A stretch of DNA of 61,311 nt, the filler included, from Nemertoderma westbladi (Eukaryota > Animalia > Xenacoelomorpha): the NCBI GenBank assembly GCA_032718475.1. It is 3 parts of 3 records of this genome, joined end to end, with 100 filler letters (N's around TTAATTAATTAA, not from the genome) between each part and the next. Parts side by side here need not be neighbours in the genome. Positions count along the whole stretch, not along the records: positions 23,006 to 53,393 come from JAUCBJ010000737.1; 2 more parts are not named here. One strand, given 5' to 3'. Positions 34,790 to 48,060 of the stretch are shown in pieces; the first letter of the stretch is position 1, and every line of letters starts with the position of its first letter. The position numbers were made by a program, and so were the translations under genes. The notes beneath the pieces are model-generated. The model was not told where the DNA came from and ran no database searches. It saw only the letters and a list, made by a program, of their open reading frames with translations.

Positions 34790-36168
34790 GGCCCGGCGCA
34801 CACTAGAGATGCAAGATGCACGATGCAAGATGCAAATTTTTTTTAGAATACATTATTTCCTATCAGACCACGCACACTAGAGATGCAAGATGCACGATGC
34901 AAAAAAGGACATCCTCGATATTCCATTTTTTGCATCTTGCATCTCGAATATAGAATACATGGTAGACTATGGGAGGCCATACACTAGAGATGCAAGATGC
35001 ATGATAAATTAGATTCCCCGTACTTAGTTCCAATTTTAGCCTCATGCGAATTTAGTTCCAATGGAAACGAATTTAGTTCCAATTTTGGCGAATTTAGTTC
35101 CAATTTAGGCGAACTTAGTTCCAATAACTAGAGATAAACGAATTTAGTTCCAATACATGCGTACTTAGTTCCAATGGATGCGAACTTAGTTCCAATGTAA
35201 GCGAATGTAGTTCCAATACATGCGAATTTAGTTCCAATGGATGCGAACTTAGTTCCAATTGATGCGAACTTAGTTCCAATGGATGCGAACTTAGTTCCAA
35301 TGCAAGCGAACTTAGTTCCAATGCAAGCGAATTTAGTTCCAATGGAAGCGAATTTAGTTCCAATGTTTCAGGTGTGGGGCGATCCACGTAGTTGGCGAAG
35401 AATCTATGTTTAATGACACTATTATTAGGTGGATGGTTAAATAATAATTGTAAATACCTAACCCAAAACGCCCAAACTCCTAACCAAAACAATCTTATCC
35501 CAAACAACGCCCAACCTTTTAACCTAAACAATTCAATTAAATTGTAAAAAACAACGCCCAAGAGCTCTTAACCCAAACTACGCCCATCCCCCAAACCGAA
35601 ACATCTGGTAAATATTGTATTTGCTATTTGGTGTGAAAATGGCACAACGTACATACATGTTTTGAGTATATAATACTACAGACTCAGTCAGTCAGTATCA
35701 GATTAATAAATTCGATTAGTAAATTCGCTTCCATTGGAACTAAATTCGCATGCATTGGAACTAAATTCGCATCCATTGGAACTAAGTTCGCATGCATTGG
35801 AACTAAATTCGCTTCCATTGGAACTAAATTCGCTTCCATTAGAACTAAATTCGCTTCCATTGGAACTAAATTCGCTTCCATTGGAACTAAATTCGCATGC
35901 ATTGGAACTAAATTCGCATCCATTGGAACTAAGTTCGTTTTGATATTCTGATATCGTTTCGCTTTGTAAAATTTATTTTGGAACTAAATTAGTTTCAATT
36001 GGAAATATGTTCGCCTTTGAAAGTGTGCGATTGGAACTAAGTTCGTGCTACCATAAATTCTATGAAATATACATTAAAATAATCAAAGTATAATATCAAA
36101 ATAAAATATCAAAATAAAATATCAAAATAAAATACGATGCATTTTGCATCTCTAGTGTGCGGCGGGCC
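34790..36168. mobile_element. PIF/Harbinger-like MITE with a nested insertion
   Basis: TIRs GGCCCGGCGCACACTAGAGATGCAA / TTGCATCTCTAGTGTGCGGCGGGCC; TTA TSD on both sides. Confidence 0.8.
35020..36050. repeat. Two inverted arrays of a 21-bp unit (GCGAAYTTAGTTCCAATGGAT-like)
   Basis: Forward array about 35020-35365; reverse-complement array about 35715-36045. Confidence 0.88.
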
Positions 36169-36376
36169 TTAGAGGGATTGTATTTTATTGTTTTTATATT
36201 AATATAAGAGAACGTCTATGTGACTCAAAGTCAACCATGCAAGAGCAGGACTTCCTGAACTGTGAGTTTTTGATGGACTTTTACTCATTGAGTGGGCTTA
36301 GTTTCAGGGCTAAACACGATAGAGTGTGTGCGAACTATGGAATCTAGTTTATATTGATTGGGGAGACTGTGTGCTG

Positions 36377-39300
36377 TGCGCTACCTAGCTCGCCATCCTT
36401 ACAGCACTCGAATGTACTCTCTGCGCTACCTAGCTCGCCATCCTTACAGCACTGGAATGTACTCTCTGCGCTACCTAGCTCGCCATCCTTACAGCACTGG
36501 AATGTACTCTCTGCGCTACCTAGCTCGCCATCCTTACAGCACTGGAATGTACTCTCTGCGCTACCTAGCTCGCCATCCTTACAGCACTGGAATGTACTCT
36601 CTGCGCTACCTAGCTCGCCATCCTTACAGCACTGGAATGTACTCTCTGCGCTACCTAGCTCGCCATCCTTACAGCACTGGAATGTACTCTCTGCGCTACC
36701 TAGCTCGCCATCCTTACAGCACTGGAATGTACTCTCTGCGCTACCTAGCTCGCCATCCTTACAGCACTGGAATGTACTCTCTGCGCTACCTAGCTCGCCA
36801 TCCTTACAGCACTGGAATGTACTATCTGCGCTACCTAGCTCGCCATCCTTACAGCACTGGAATGTACTCTCTGCGCTACCTAGCTCGCCATCCTTACAGC
36901 ACTGGAATGTACTCTCTGCGCTACCTAGCTCGCCATCCTTACAGCACTGGAATGTACTCTCTGCGCTACCTAGCTCGCCATCCTTACAGCACTGGAATGT
37001 ACTCTCTGCGCTACCTAGCTCGCCATCCTTACAGCACTGGAATGTACTCTCTGCGCTACCTAGCTCGCCATCCTTACAGCACTGGAATGTACTCTCTGCG
37101 CTACCTAGCTCGCCATCCTTACAGCACTGGAATGTACTCTCTGCGCTACCTAGCTCGCCATCCTTACAGCACTCGAATGTACTCTCTGCGCTACCTAGCT
37201 CGCCATCCTTACAGCACTGGAATGTACTCTCTGCGCTACCTAGCTCGCCATCCTTACAGCACTGGAATGTACTCTCTGCGCTACCTAGCTCGCCATCCTT
37301 ACAGCACTGGAATGTACTCTCTGCGCTACCTAGCTCGCCATCCTTACAGCACTGGAATGTACTCTCTGCGCTACCTAGCTCGCCATCCTTACAGCACTGG
37401 AATGTACTCTCTGCGCTACCTAGCTCGCCATCCTTACAGCACTGGAATGTACTCTCTGCGCTACCTAGCTCGCCATCCTTACAGCACTGGAATGTACTCT
37501 CTGCGCTACCTAGCTCGCCATCCTTACAGCACTGGAATGTACTCTCTGCGCTACCTAGCTCGCCATCCTTACAGCACTGGAATGTACTCTCTGCGCTACC
37601 TAGCTCGCCATCCTTACAGCACTGGAATGTACTCTCTGCGCTACCTAGCTCGCCATCCTTACAGCACTGGAATGTACTCTCTGCGCTACCTAGCTCGCCA
37701 TCCTTACAGCACTGGAATGTACTCTCTGCGCTACCTAGCTCGCCATCCTTACAGCACTGGAATGTACTCTCTGCGCTACCTAGCTCGCCATCCTTACAGC
37801 ACTGGAATGTACTCTCTGCGCTACCTAGCTCGCCATCCTTACAGCACTGGAATGTACTCTCTGCGCTACCTAGCTCGCCATCCTTACAGCACTGGAATGT
37901 ACTCTCTGCGCTACCTAGCTCGCCATCCTTACAGCACTGGAATGTACTCTCTGCGCTACCTAGCTCGCCATCCTTACAGCACTGGAATGTACTCTCTGCG
38001 CTACCTAGCTCGCCATCCTTACAGCACTGGAATGTACTCTCTGCGCTACCTAGCTCGCCATCCTTACAGCACTGGAATGTACTCTCTGCGCTACCTAGCT
38101 CGCCATCCTTACAGCACTGGAATGTACTCTCTGCGCTACCTAGCTCGCCATCCTTACAGCACTGGAATGTACTCTCTGCGCTACCTAGCTCGCCATCCTT
38201 ACAGCACTGGAATGTACTCTCTGCGCTACCTAGCTCGCCATCCTTACAGCACTGGAATGTACTCTCTGCGCTACCTAGCTCGCCATCCTTACAGCACTGG
38301 AATGTACTCTCTGCGCTACCTAGCTCGCCATCCTTACAGCACTGGAATGTACTCTCTGCGCTACCTAGCTCGCCATCCTTACAGCACTGGAATGTACTCT
38401 CTGCGCTACCTAGCTCGCCATCCTTACAGCACTGGAATGTACTCTCTGCGCTACCTAGCTCGCCATCCTTACAGCACTGGAATGTACTCTCTGCGCTACC
38501 TAGCTCGCCATCCTTACAGCACTGGAATGTACTCTCTGCGCTACCTAGCTCGCCATCCTTACAGCACTGGAATGTACTCTCTGCGCTACCTAGCTCGCCA
38601 TCCTTACAGCACTGGAATGTACTCTCTGCGCTACCTAGCTCGCCATCCTTACAGCACTGGAATGTACTCTCTGCGCTACCTAGCTCGCCATCCTTACAGC
38701 ACTGGAATGTACTCTCTGCGCTACCTAGCTCGCCATCCTTACAGCACTGGAATGTACTCTCTGCGCTACCTAGCTCGCCATCCTTACAGCACTGGAATGT
38801 ACTCTCTGCGCTACCTAGCTCGCCATCCTTACAGCACTGGAATGTACTCTCTGCGCTACCTAGCTCGCCATCCTTACAGCACTGGAATGTACTCTCTGCG
38901 CTACCTAGCTCGCCATCCTTACAGCACTGGAATGTACTCTCTGCGCTACCTAGCTCGCCATCCTTACAGCACTGGAATGTACTCTCTGCGCTACCTAGCT
39001 CGCCATCCTTACAGCACTGGAATGTACTCTCTGCGCTACCTAGCTCGCCATCCTTACAGCACTGGAATGTACTCTCTGCGCTACCTAGCTCGCCATCCTT
39101 ACAGCACTGGAATGTACTCTCTGCGCTACCTAGCTCGCCATCCTTACAGCACTGGAATGTACTCTCTGCGCTACCTAGCTCGCCATCCTTACAGCACTGG
39201 AATGTACTCTCTGCGCTACCTAGCTCGCCATCCTTACAGCACTGGAATGTACTCTCTGCGCTACCTAGCTCGCCATCCTTACAGCACTGGAATGTACTCT

Positions 39301-42300
39301 CTGCGCTACCTAGCTCGCCATCCTTACAGCACTGGAATGTACTCTCTGCGCTACCTAGCTCGCCATCCTTACAGCACTGGAATGTACTCTCTGCGCTACC
39401 TAGCTCGCCATCCTTACAGCACTGGAATGTACTCTCTGCGCTACCTAGCTCGCCATCCTTACAGCACTGGAATGTACTCTCTGCGCTACCTAGCTCGCCA
39501 TCCTTACAGCACTGGAATGTACTCTCTGCGCTACCTAGCTCGCCATCCTTACAGCACTGGAATGTACTCTCTGCGCTACCTAGCTCGCCATCCTTACAGC
39601 ACTGGAATGTACTCTCTGCGCTACCTAGCTCGCCATCCTTACAGCACTGGAATGTACTCTCTGCGCTACCTAGCTCGCCATCCTTACAGCACTGGAATGT
39701 ACTCTCTGCGCTACCTAGCTCGCCATCCTTACAGCACTGGAATGTACTCTCTGCGCTACCTAGCTCGCCATCCTTACAGCACTGGAATGTACTCTCTGCG
39801 CTACCTAGCTCGCCATCCTTACAGCACTGGAATGTACTCTCTGCGCTACCTAGCTCGCCATCCTTACAGCACTGGAATGTACTCTCTGCGCTACCTAGCT
39901 CGCCATCCTTACAGCACTGGAATGTACTCTCTGCGCTACCTAGCTCGCCATCCTTACAGCACTGGAATGTACTCTCTGCGCTACCTAGCTCGCCATCCTT
40001 ACAGCACTGGAATGTACTCTCTGCGCTACCTAGCTCGCCATCCTTACAGCACTGGAATGTACTCTCTGCGCTACCTAGCTCGCCATCCTTACAGCACTGG
40101 AATGTACTCTCTGCGCTACCTAGCTCGCCATCCTTACAGCACTGGAATGTACTCTCTGCGCTACCTAGCTCGCCATCCTTACAGCACTGGAATGTACTCT
40201 CTGCGCTACCTAGCTCGCCATCCTTACAGCACTGGAATGTACTCTCTGCGCTACCTAGCTCGCCATCCTTACAGCACTGGAATGTACTCTCTGCGCTACC
40301 TAGCTCGCCATCCTTACAGCACTGGAATGTACTCTCTGCGCTACCTAGCTCGCCATCCTTACAGCACTGGAATGTACTCTCTGCGCTACCTAGCTCGCCA
40401 TCCTTACAGCACTCGAATGTACTCTCTGCGCTACCTAGCTCGCCATCCTTACAGCACTCGAATGTACTCTCTGCGCTACCTAGCTCGCCATCCTTACAGC
40501 ACTGGAATGTACTCTCTGCGCTACCTAGCTCGCCATCCTTACAGCACTGGAATGTACTCTCTGCGCTACCTAGCTCGCCATCCTTACAGCACTGGAATGT
40601 ACTCTCTGCGCTACCTAGCTCGCCATCCTTACAGCACTGGAATGTACTCTCTGCGCTACCTAGCTCGCCATCCTTACAGCACTGGAATGTACTCTCTGCG
40701 CTACCTAGCTCGCCATCCTTACAGCACTGGAATGTACTCTCTGCGCTACCTAGCTCGCCATCCTTACAGCACTGGAATGTACTCTCTGCGCTACCTAGCT
40801 CGCCATCCTTACAGCACTGGAATGTACTCTCTGCGCTACCTAGCTCGCCATCCTTACAGCACTGGAATGTACTCTCTGCGCTACCTAGCTCGCCATCCTT
40901 ACAGCACTGGAATGTACTCTCTGCGCTACCTAGCTCGCCATCCTTACAGCACTGGAATGTACTCTCTGCGCTACCTAGCTCGCCATCCTTACAGCACTGG
41001 AATGTACTCTCTGCGCTACCTAGCTCGCCATCCTTACAGCACTGGAATGTACTCTCTGCGCTACCTAGCTCGCCATCCTTACAGCACTGGAATGTACTCT
41101 CTGCGCTACCTAGCTCGCCATCCTTACAGCACTGGAATGTACTCTCTGCGCTACCTAGCTCGCCATCCTTACAGCACTGGAATGTACTCTCTGCGCTACC
41201 TAGCTCGCCATCCTTACAGCACTGGAATGTACTCTCTGCGCTACCTAGCTCGCCATCCTTACAGCACTGGAATGTACTCTCTGCGCTACCTAGCTCGCCA
41301 TCCTTACAGCACTGGAATGTACTCTCTGCGCTACCTAGCTCGCCATCCTTACAGCACTGGAATGTACTCTCTGCGCTACCTAGCTCGCCATCCTTACAGC
41401 ACTGGAATGTACTCTCTGCGCTACCTAGCTCGCCATCCTTACAGCACTGGAATGTACTCTCTGCGCTACCTAGCTCGCCATCCTTACAGCACTGGAATGT
41501 ACTCTCTGCGCTACCTAGCTCGCCATCCTTACAGCACTGGAATGTACTCTCTGCGCTACCTAGCTCGCCATCCTTACAGCACTGGAATGTACTCTCTGCG
41601 CTACCTAGCTCGCCATCCTTACAGCACTGGAATGTACTCTCTGCGCTACCTAGCTCGCCATCCTTACAGCACTGGAATGTACTCTCTGCGCTACCTAGCT
41701 CGCCATCCTTACAGCACTGGAATGTACTCTCTGCGCTACCTAGCTCGCCATCCTTACAGCACTGGAATGTACTCTCTGCGCTACCTAGCTCGCCATCCTT
41801 ACAGCACTGGAATGTACTCTCTGCGCTACCTAGCTCGCCATCCTTACAGCACTGGAATGTACTATCTGCGCTACCTAGCTCGCCATCCTTACAGCACTGG
41901 AATGTACTCTCTGCGCTACCTAGCTCGCCATCCTTACAGCACTGGAATGTACTATCTGCGCTACCTAGCTCGCCATCCTTACAGCACTGGAATGTACTCT
42001 CTGCGCTACCTAGCTCGCCATCCGTACAGCACTGGAATGTACTCTCTGCGCTACCTAGCTCGCCATCCTTACAGCACTGGAATGTACTCTCTGCGCTACC
42101 TAGCTCGCCATCCTTACAGCACTGGAATGTACTCTCTGCGCTACCTAGCTCGCCATCCTTACAGCACTGGAATGTACTCTCTGCGCTACCTAGCTCGCCA
42201 TCCTTACAGCACTGGAATGTACTCTCTGCGCTACCTAGCTCGCCATCCTTACAGCACTGGAATGTACTCTCTGCGCTACCTAGCTCGCCATCCTTACAGC

Positions 42301-42677
42301 ACTCGAATGTACTCTCTGCGCTACCTAGCTCGCCATCCTTACAGCACTGGAATGTACTCTCTGCGCTACCTAGCTCGCCATCCTTACAGCACTGGAATGT
42401 ACTCTCTGCGCTACCTAGCTCGCCATCCTTACAGCACTCGAATGTACTCTCTGCGCTACCTAGCTCGCCATCCTTACAGCACTGGAATGTACTCTCTGCG
42501 CTACCTAGCTCGCCATCCTTACAGCACTGGAATGTACTCTCTGCGCTACCTAGCTCGCCATCCTTACAGCACTGGAATGTACTCTCTGCGCTACCTAGCT
42601 CGCCATCCTTACAGCACTGGAATGTACTCTCTGCGCTACCTAGCTCGCCATCCTTACAGCACTGGAATGTACTCTCT
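36377..42677. repeat. 45-bp satellite (CTGCGCTACCTAGCTCGCCATCCTTACAGCACTGGAATGTACTCT), about 140 units
   Basis: 6.3 kb, only scattered single-base variants, no indels. Confidence 0.98.
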
Positions 42678-45122
42678 ATCATATTGGTCGGGCAAGAACA
42701 CTATATATTTAAGGGGGAGGGGGGGGGGGGGGGGCTGCTAATTTTTGTGCGATTTCTAAGACTTCCCTAAGGCCACGGGTATATCAGAATTGTACACTGA
42801 TACATGAATTTTACTTGGAACTATTTACTATTATTGTAATATGTGTAGTATTTGGTTTACACAGCGGTTTGTTTTTAAAGTATGTATTCAGAAATTTGAA
42901 TTTTATATATAGTCATTGGGGACTATGCAATTGTGATTTGTCGTGAATGCTTCGCTTATCTTTTGACAGACAGACAGACCGACAGACAGACATAATAGAC
43001 TTCGCTAAAAATGAAAACTGACTTTGGAAATGAACACAGCGACCAAAACTTTATTCGGGACAGTATTAGATACCAGTAACTGATATCTGTTACTTTACTG
43101 CATAAGACGCCAGATCTAAATGTACAAACATGCCGGGGAATAACATACAAGGCTCACTTTATAAACGACCGATGTACAACCTTGGCTGTAATATATCATT
43201 GTCAAAACCCAAGACCACCCTTCAGGCAAGTGGATGCATCTCGTCTACCAATAAATACTATCGTTTATCTTATCCGCCTGTGCGCCCAGAACTATCTTAT
43301 TCTGTAGCAGCGGGGCCGGGTGGCAAGAGGAAAGAAACTTCTAGTCTTGATACAACAGATATTGTGGATATAAACGTATAATCGCGAACTGCAACTGTGT
43401 AGTGGCTCACACGCCCCAACATTATACATGGACTTATCCCTCGAGAGGCAGGTTTTTCATTTTTAATATTATCTATGTAAACGGCATTGATCCATGTTCC
43501 GGATTTCCGTGCAGATCATCTGTGCCAATCATTATTCCCTTATATCTTCGTCTTAAAGAACCGAACATCACATCATCATCACCTTAGCTCTGTGGTGAAT
43601 CATTCATCTATAGTAAACCAGTGGGGGCGCAAGTCCGAAACCCATAGATAGCAAATAATAATTACCTAATTATGCGAATCTACGATTCTAGGAACGCATG
43701 TACCGCTGAGTTACAAACAGACTAACTAATAGGAAGCTTCGGCGTTAGCAAAGCTGGACCAGTTAATTCGCCAACTATATAATCAATTTCCAAGTAACAA
43801 CCAGTAGATGCGACTATTTCATCCAACTCGTGGCCTTAGTGCTCTGTGATTCCTTACAAGGGGCCCTTCGAATCCATAAAACTTGATGCTCATTTATATA
43901 AACTAAATTTCACTATTTCCGCTTTTACTGGCTGGTTGATTTAAGTTACTACACACAGGCTCCTCTATATATTTCCGGAGTTAATTCCCGGTAATTTATT
44001 AATTTATTTAGAAATATGTTTGGTTTTCTGGAAGGCAGCTGGTCGGAGTAGGTCAGACGGTGGAGGAAGGGGGTATGGTTTTGGGTTTTCTCTGAGTAAA
44101 TTTTTAATATAATATGGAATTAATGCGCAGTGCTACACAGTAAAACTATGCGTAATTAAACCAGTATGCGTTGGTTTTGTTTTCCAGACTCAATATTCTC
44201 ATGTTGCTGTACAAATATTATTTAATGACGTCACTAATTAGCATTCCTCTTCTGGTAATTTACCCATATTGAGGTGTGATTGGATATAGCCCTCGAGTCC
44301 CTCGGTATTATTACCAGCTCACTGATCAGACTTTAACCATTAGTAAGTGTCTGTGTGTGAGATGTCATTAGTGTCATATTATACAGCTGTAAGAACTGTC
44401 TGTTTTTAATACAGAGTCTGTTTACGACACTAATTAACTGTCTGGGCTTTCCCTTCCTGTTTTTACTATTACCAGCTCGTATCCATAGCTACCAGCTATT
44501 ATATAAGTAAACATGTCCCTATATAATATGTTATTTACTGTGTTGCGCCACACTGTGCCTGGTGTTATCTATATATTTGTTTCTATTATTATTACATTAC
44601 TATTTAAATTTTAATTTTATTACCATCATTTTTCTATACAATAAATAATAAAACTTTAAATCTTTTCCTGCTTAATATTATTATAATATACAGTTTCATT
44701 TTACAACAGTTCTTATTCTTAGTCTATTTTTTTATAATGTTTGCTTGTTATATATTATTTGTAAAACCACAAACATTTTTGCTACAAAGTGGTTTCTTTT
44801 TTTTATTTTGTTCACCAAAAAAATAAAATAAAATTTCATTATTTTGTTATATATAACCCTATTAAATTAAAGTATAGTTATTTGTTATGAAAATAATGTC
44901 ATAGGATGTTGCGTGTTATTTTCTTGTATAAATGACGTCAAATTAATTCACACATCTTACATTATTTTTATGCTTGAAACTCCATCTTTACCCTCAAAAA
45001 CGTGCAAATTTCTAAGAAGTCACATTTCGAAGGGGAAGTTCCACAAAAGACACAATTTAAAATCTTATTTTAAAATTTATAGACGAGACCTATAATTATG
45101 CTTTCGTGGGTGTAACTTCGAA

Positions 45123-45467
45123 GGCGGGGTAGTTCAGTTGGGTGAGCATCGGGCCTGCAATCTATTGGTTGTAGGTGCGAACCCCGCCAGGGTCAACTCG
45201 GCCTGTCATCCAGTGGGGTCGATAAAAGGAGGACCAGTTCTATTACTGGGAGCAAAACAAGGTATAGGAGTAGCGCCCACCCCAACCCGCGGGTAGCAGA
45301 TAGGAGTAACGCCCACCCCAATCCTCGGGTAGCAGATAGGAGTAACGCCCACCCCAATCCTCGGGTAGCAGATAGGAGTAGCGCCCACCCCTACCTTCGG
45401 GTAGAAGCTATTGAAAGAGGAGCCTTCGGATCGCCTCCGGCCTCGGCCCACTGTTTGCTTTTGCTTA
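45123..45467 (+). mobile_element. tRNA-derived SINE, copy 1
   Basis: A box TAGTTCAGTTGG, B-box-like GGTGCGAACCC, body with about 4 x 36-bp repeat, TTTGC tail; 14-bp TSD GGTGTAACTTC(G/A)AA. Confidence 0.85.
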
Positions 45468-47337
45468 GGTGTAACTTCAAATTTATGTCAGGAAATGTTA
45501 GTCCGAAAAAAGGAATGGAAGTCAGAAAATGGAAGTTTAAAAAAATGAAAAACAATGACGTCATCACATGGAAATGGGAAGTCAGGAAACGGTAGTCACA
45601 AAAGGATGCCACTACAGTATAATGCAGGTAGTGCTGTAATCCTCAGCCTACTGCCTCGAGAGGCAGGTTTTTCATTTTTAATATTATCTATGTAAACGGC
45701 ATTGATCCATGTTCCGGATTTCCGTGCAGATCATCTGTGCCAATCATTATTCCCTTATATCTTCGTCTTAAAGAACCGAACATCACATCATCATCACCTT
45801 AGCTCTGTGGTGAATCATTCATCTATAGTAAACCAGTGGGGGCGCAAGTCCGAAACCCATAGATAGCAAATAATAATTACCTAATTATGCGAATCTACGA
45901 TTCTAGGAACGCATGTACCGCTGAGTTACAAACAGACTAACTAATAGGAAGCTTCGGCGTTAGCAAAGCTGGACCAGTTAATTCGCCAACTATATAATCA
46001 ATTTCCAAGTAACAACCAGTAGATGCGACTATTTCATCCAACTCGTGGCCTTAGTGCTCTGTGATTCCTTACAAGGGGCCCTTCGAATCCATAAAACTTG
46101 ATGCTCATTTATATAAACTAAATTTCACTATTTCCGCTTTTACTGGCTGGTTGATTTAAGTTACTACACACAGGCTCCTCTATATATTTCCGGAGTTAAT
46201 TCCCGGTAATTTATTAATTTATTTAGAAATATGTTTGGTTTTCTGGAAGGCAGCTGGTCGGAGTAGGTCAGACGGTGGAGGAAGGGGGTATGGTTTTGGG
46301 TTTTCTCTGAGTAAATTTTTAATATAATATGGAATTAATGCGCAGTGCTACACAGTAAAACTATGCGTAATTAAACCAGTATGCGTTGGTTTTGTTTTCC
46401 AGACTCAATATTCTCATGTTGCTGTACAAATATTATTTAATGACGTCACTAATTAGCATTCCTCTTCTGGTAATTTACCCATATTGAGGTGTGATTGGAT
46501 ATAGCCCTCGAGTCCCTCGGTATTATTACCAGCTCACTGATCAGACTTTAACCATTAGTAAGTGTCTGTGTGTGAGATGTCATTAGTGTCATATTATACA
46601 GCTGTAAGAACTGTCTGTTTTTAATACAGAGTCTGTTTACGACACTAATTAACTGTCTGGGCTTTCCCTTCCTGTTTTTACTATTACCAGCTCGTATCCA
46701 TAGCTACCAGCTATTATATAAGTAAACATGTCCCTATATAATATGTTATTTACTGTGTTGCGCCACACTGTGCCTGGTGTTATCTATATATTTGTTTCTA
46801 TTATTATTACATTACTATTTAAATTTTAATTTTATTACCATCATTTTTCTATACAATAAATAATAAAACTTTAAATCTTTTCCTGCTTAATATTATTATA
46901 ATATACAGTTTCATTTTACAACAGTTCTTATTCTTAGTCTATTTTTTTATAATGTTTGCTTGTTATATATTATTTGTAAAACCACAAACATTTTTGCTAC
47001 AAAGTGGTTTCTTTTTTTTATTTTGTTCACCAAAAAAATAAAATAAAATTTCATTATTTTGTTATATATAACCCTATTAAATTAAAGTATAGTTATTTGT
47101 TATGAAAATAATGTCATAGGATGTTGCGTGTTATTTTCTTGTATAAATGACGTCAAATTAATTCACACATCTTACATTATTTTTATGCTTGAAACTCCAT
47201 CTTTACCCTCAAAAACGTGCAAATTTCTAAGAAGTCACATTTCGAAGGGGAAGTTCCACAAAAGACACAATTTAAAATCTTATTTTAAAATTTATAGACG
47301 AGACCTATAATTATGCTTTCGTGGGTGTAACTTCGAA

Positions 47338-47682
47338 GGCGGGGTAGTTCAGTTGGGTGAGCATCGGGCCTGCAATCTATTGGTTGTAGGTGCGAACCCC
47401 GCCAGGGTCAACTCGGCCTGTCATCCAGTGGGGTCGATAAAAGGAGGACCAGTTCTATTACTGGGAGCAAAACAAGGTATAGGAGTAGCGCCCACCCCAA
47501 CCCGCGGGTAGCAGATAGGAGTAACGCCCACCCCAATCCTCGGGTAGCAGATAGGAGTAACGCCCACCCCAATCCTCGGGTAGCAGATAGGAGTAGCGCC
47601 CACCCCTACCTTCGGGTAGAAGCTATTGAAAGAGGAGCCTTCGGATCGCCTCCGGCCTCGGCCCACTGTTTGCTTTTGCTTA
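47338..47682 (+). mobile_element. tRNA-derived SINE, copy 2 (made by the tandem duplication)
   Basis: Same sequence and same TSD as copy 1. Confidence 0.85.
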
Positions 47683-48060
47683 GGTGTAACTTCAAATTTA
47701 TGTCAGGAAATGTTAGTCCGAAAAAAGGAATGGAAGTCAGAAAATGGAAGTTTAAAAAAATGAAAAACAATGACGTCATCACATGGAAATGGGAAGTCAG
47801 GAAACGGTAGTCACAAAAGGATGCCACTACAGTATAATGCAGGTAGTGCTGTAATCCTCAGCCTACTACCTCGTCGGGCTGTTTCCTTTTTATACTTGTC
47901 CCAAGTTGAAGCTCTTTTGGTTATGAATATGATATTGTCGTTTCTACATCTACTTATCCTCGCTGATTATTTACACCAGAGAGCTAACATTTCATGTCTA
48001 GAGCTTTTAATCACGTGGCGGGATATATTTAGAACATAAAATATATATCGTATATGGAAC

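Larger units (their letters stand above)
43439..47868. repeat. Tandem duplication of 2215 bp (43439-45653 / 45654-47868)
   Basis: Identical ORF-track entries offset by 2215; CCTCG at all three boundaries. Confidence 0.95.

Noticed and set aside
35115-35943. Heptad ORFs (LELNSHP / MEANLVP)
   Set aside because: Products of the 21-bp arrays inside a transposon derivative.
23006-42677. CRISPR-like arrays
   Set aside because: Units are contiguous with no unique spacers, there are no cas genes, and the context is eukaryotic.
36344-42770. Three ORFs of more than 2100 aa
   Set aside because: They arise from a stop-free 45-bp unit and overlap on both strands; there are no unique domains or gene context.
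45123-45195. tRNA-Cys gene
   Set aside because: Imperfect arms, a mutated T-loop (GGTGCGA) and continuation into a body, tail and TSD mark it as a SINE head.
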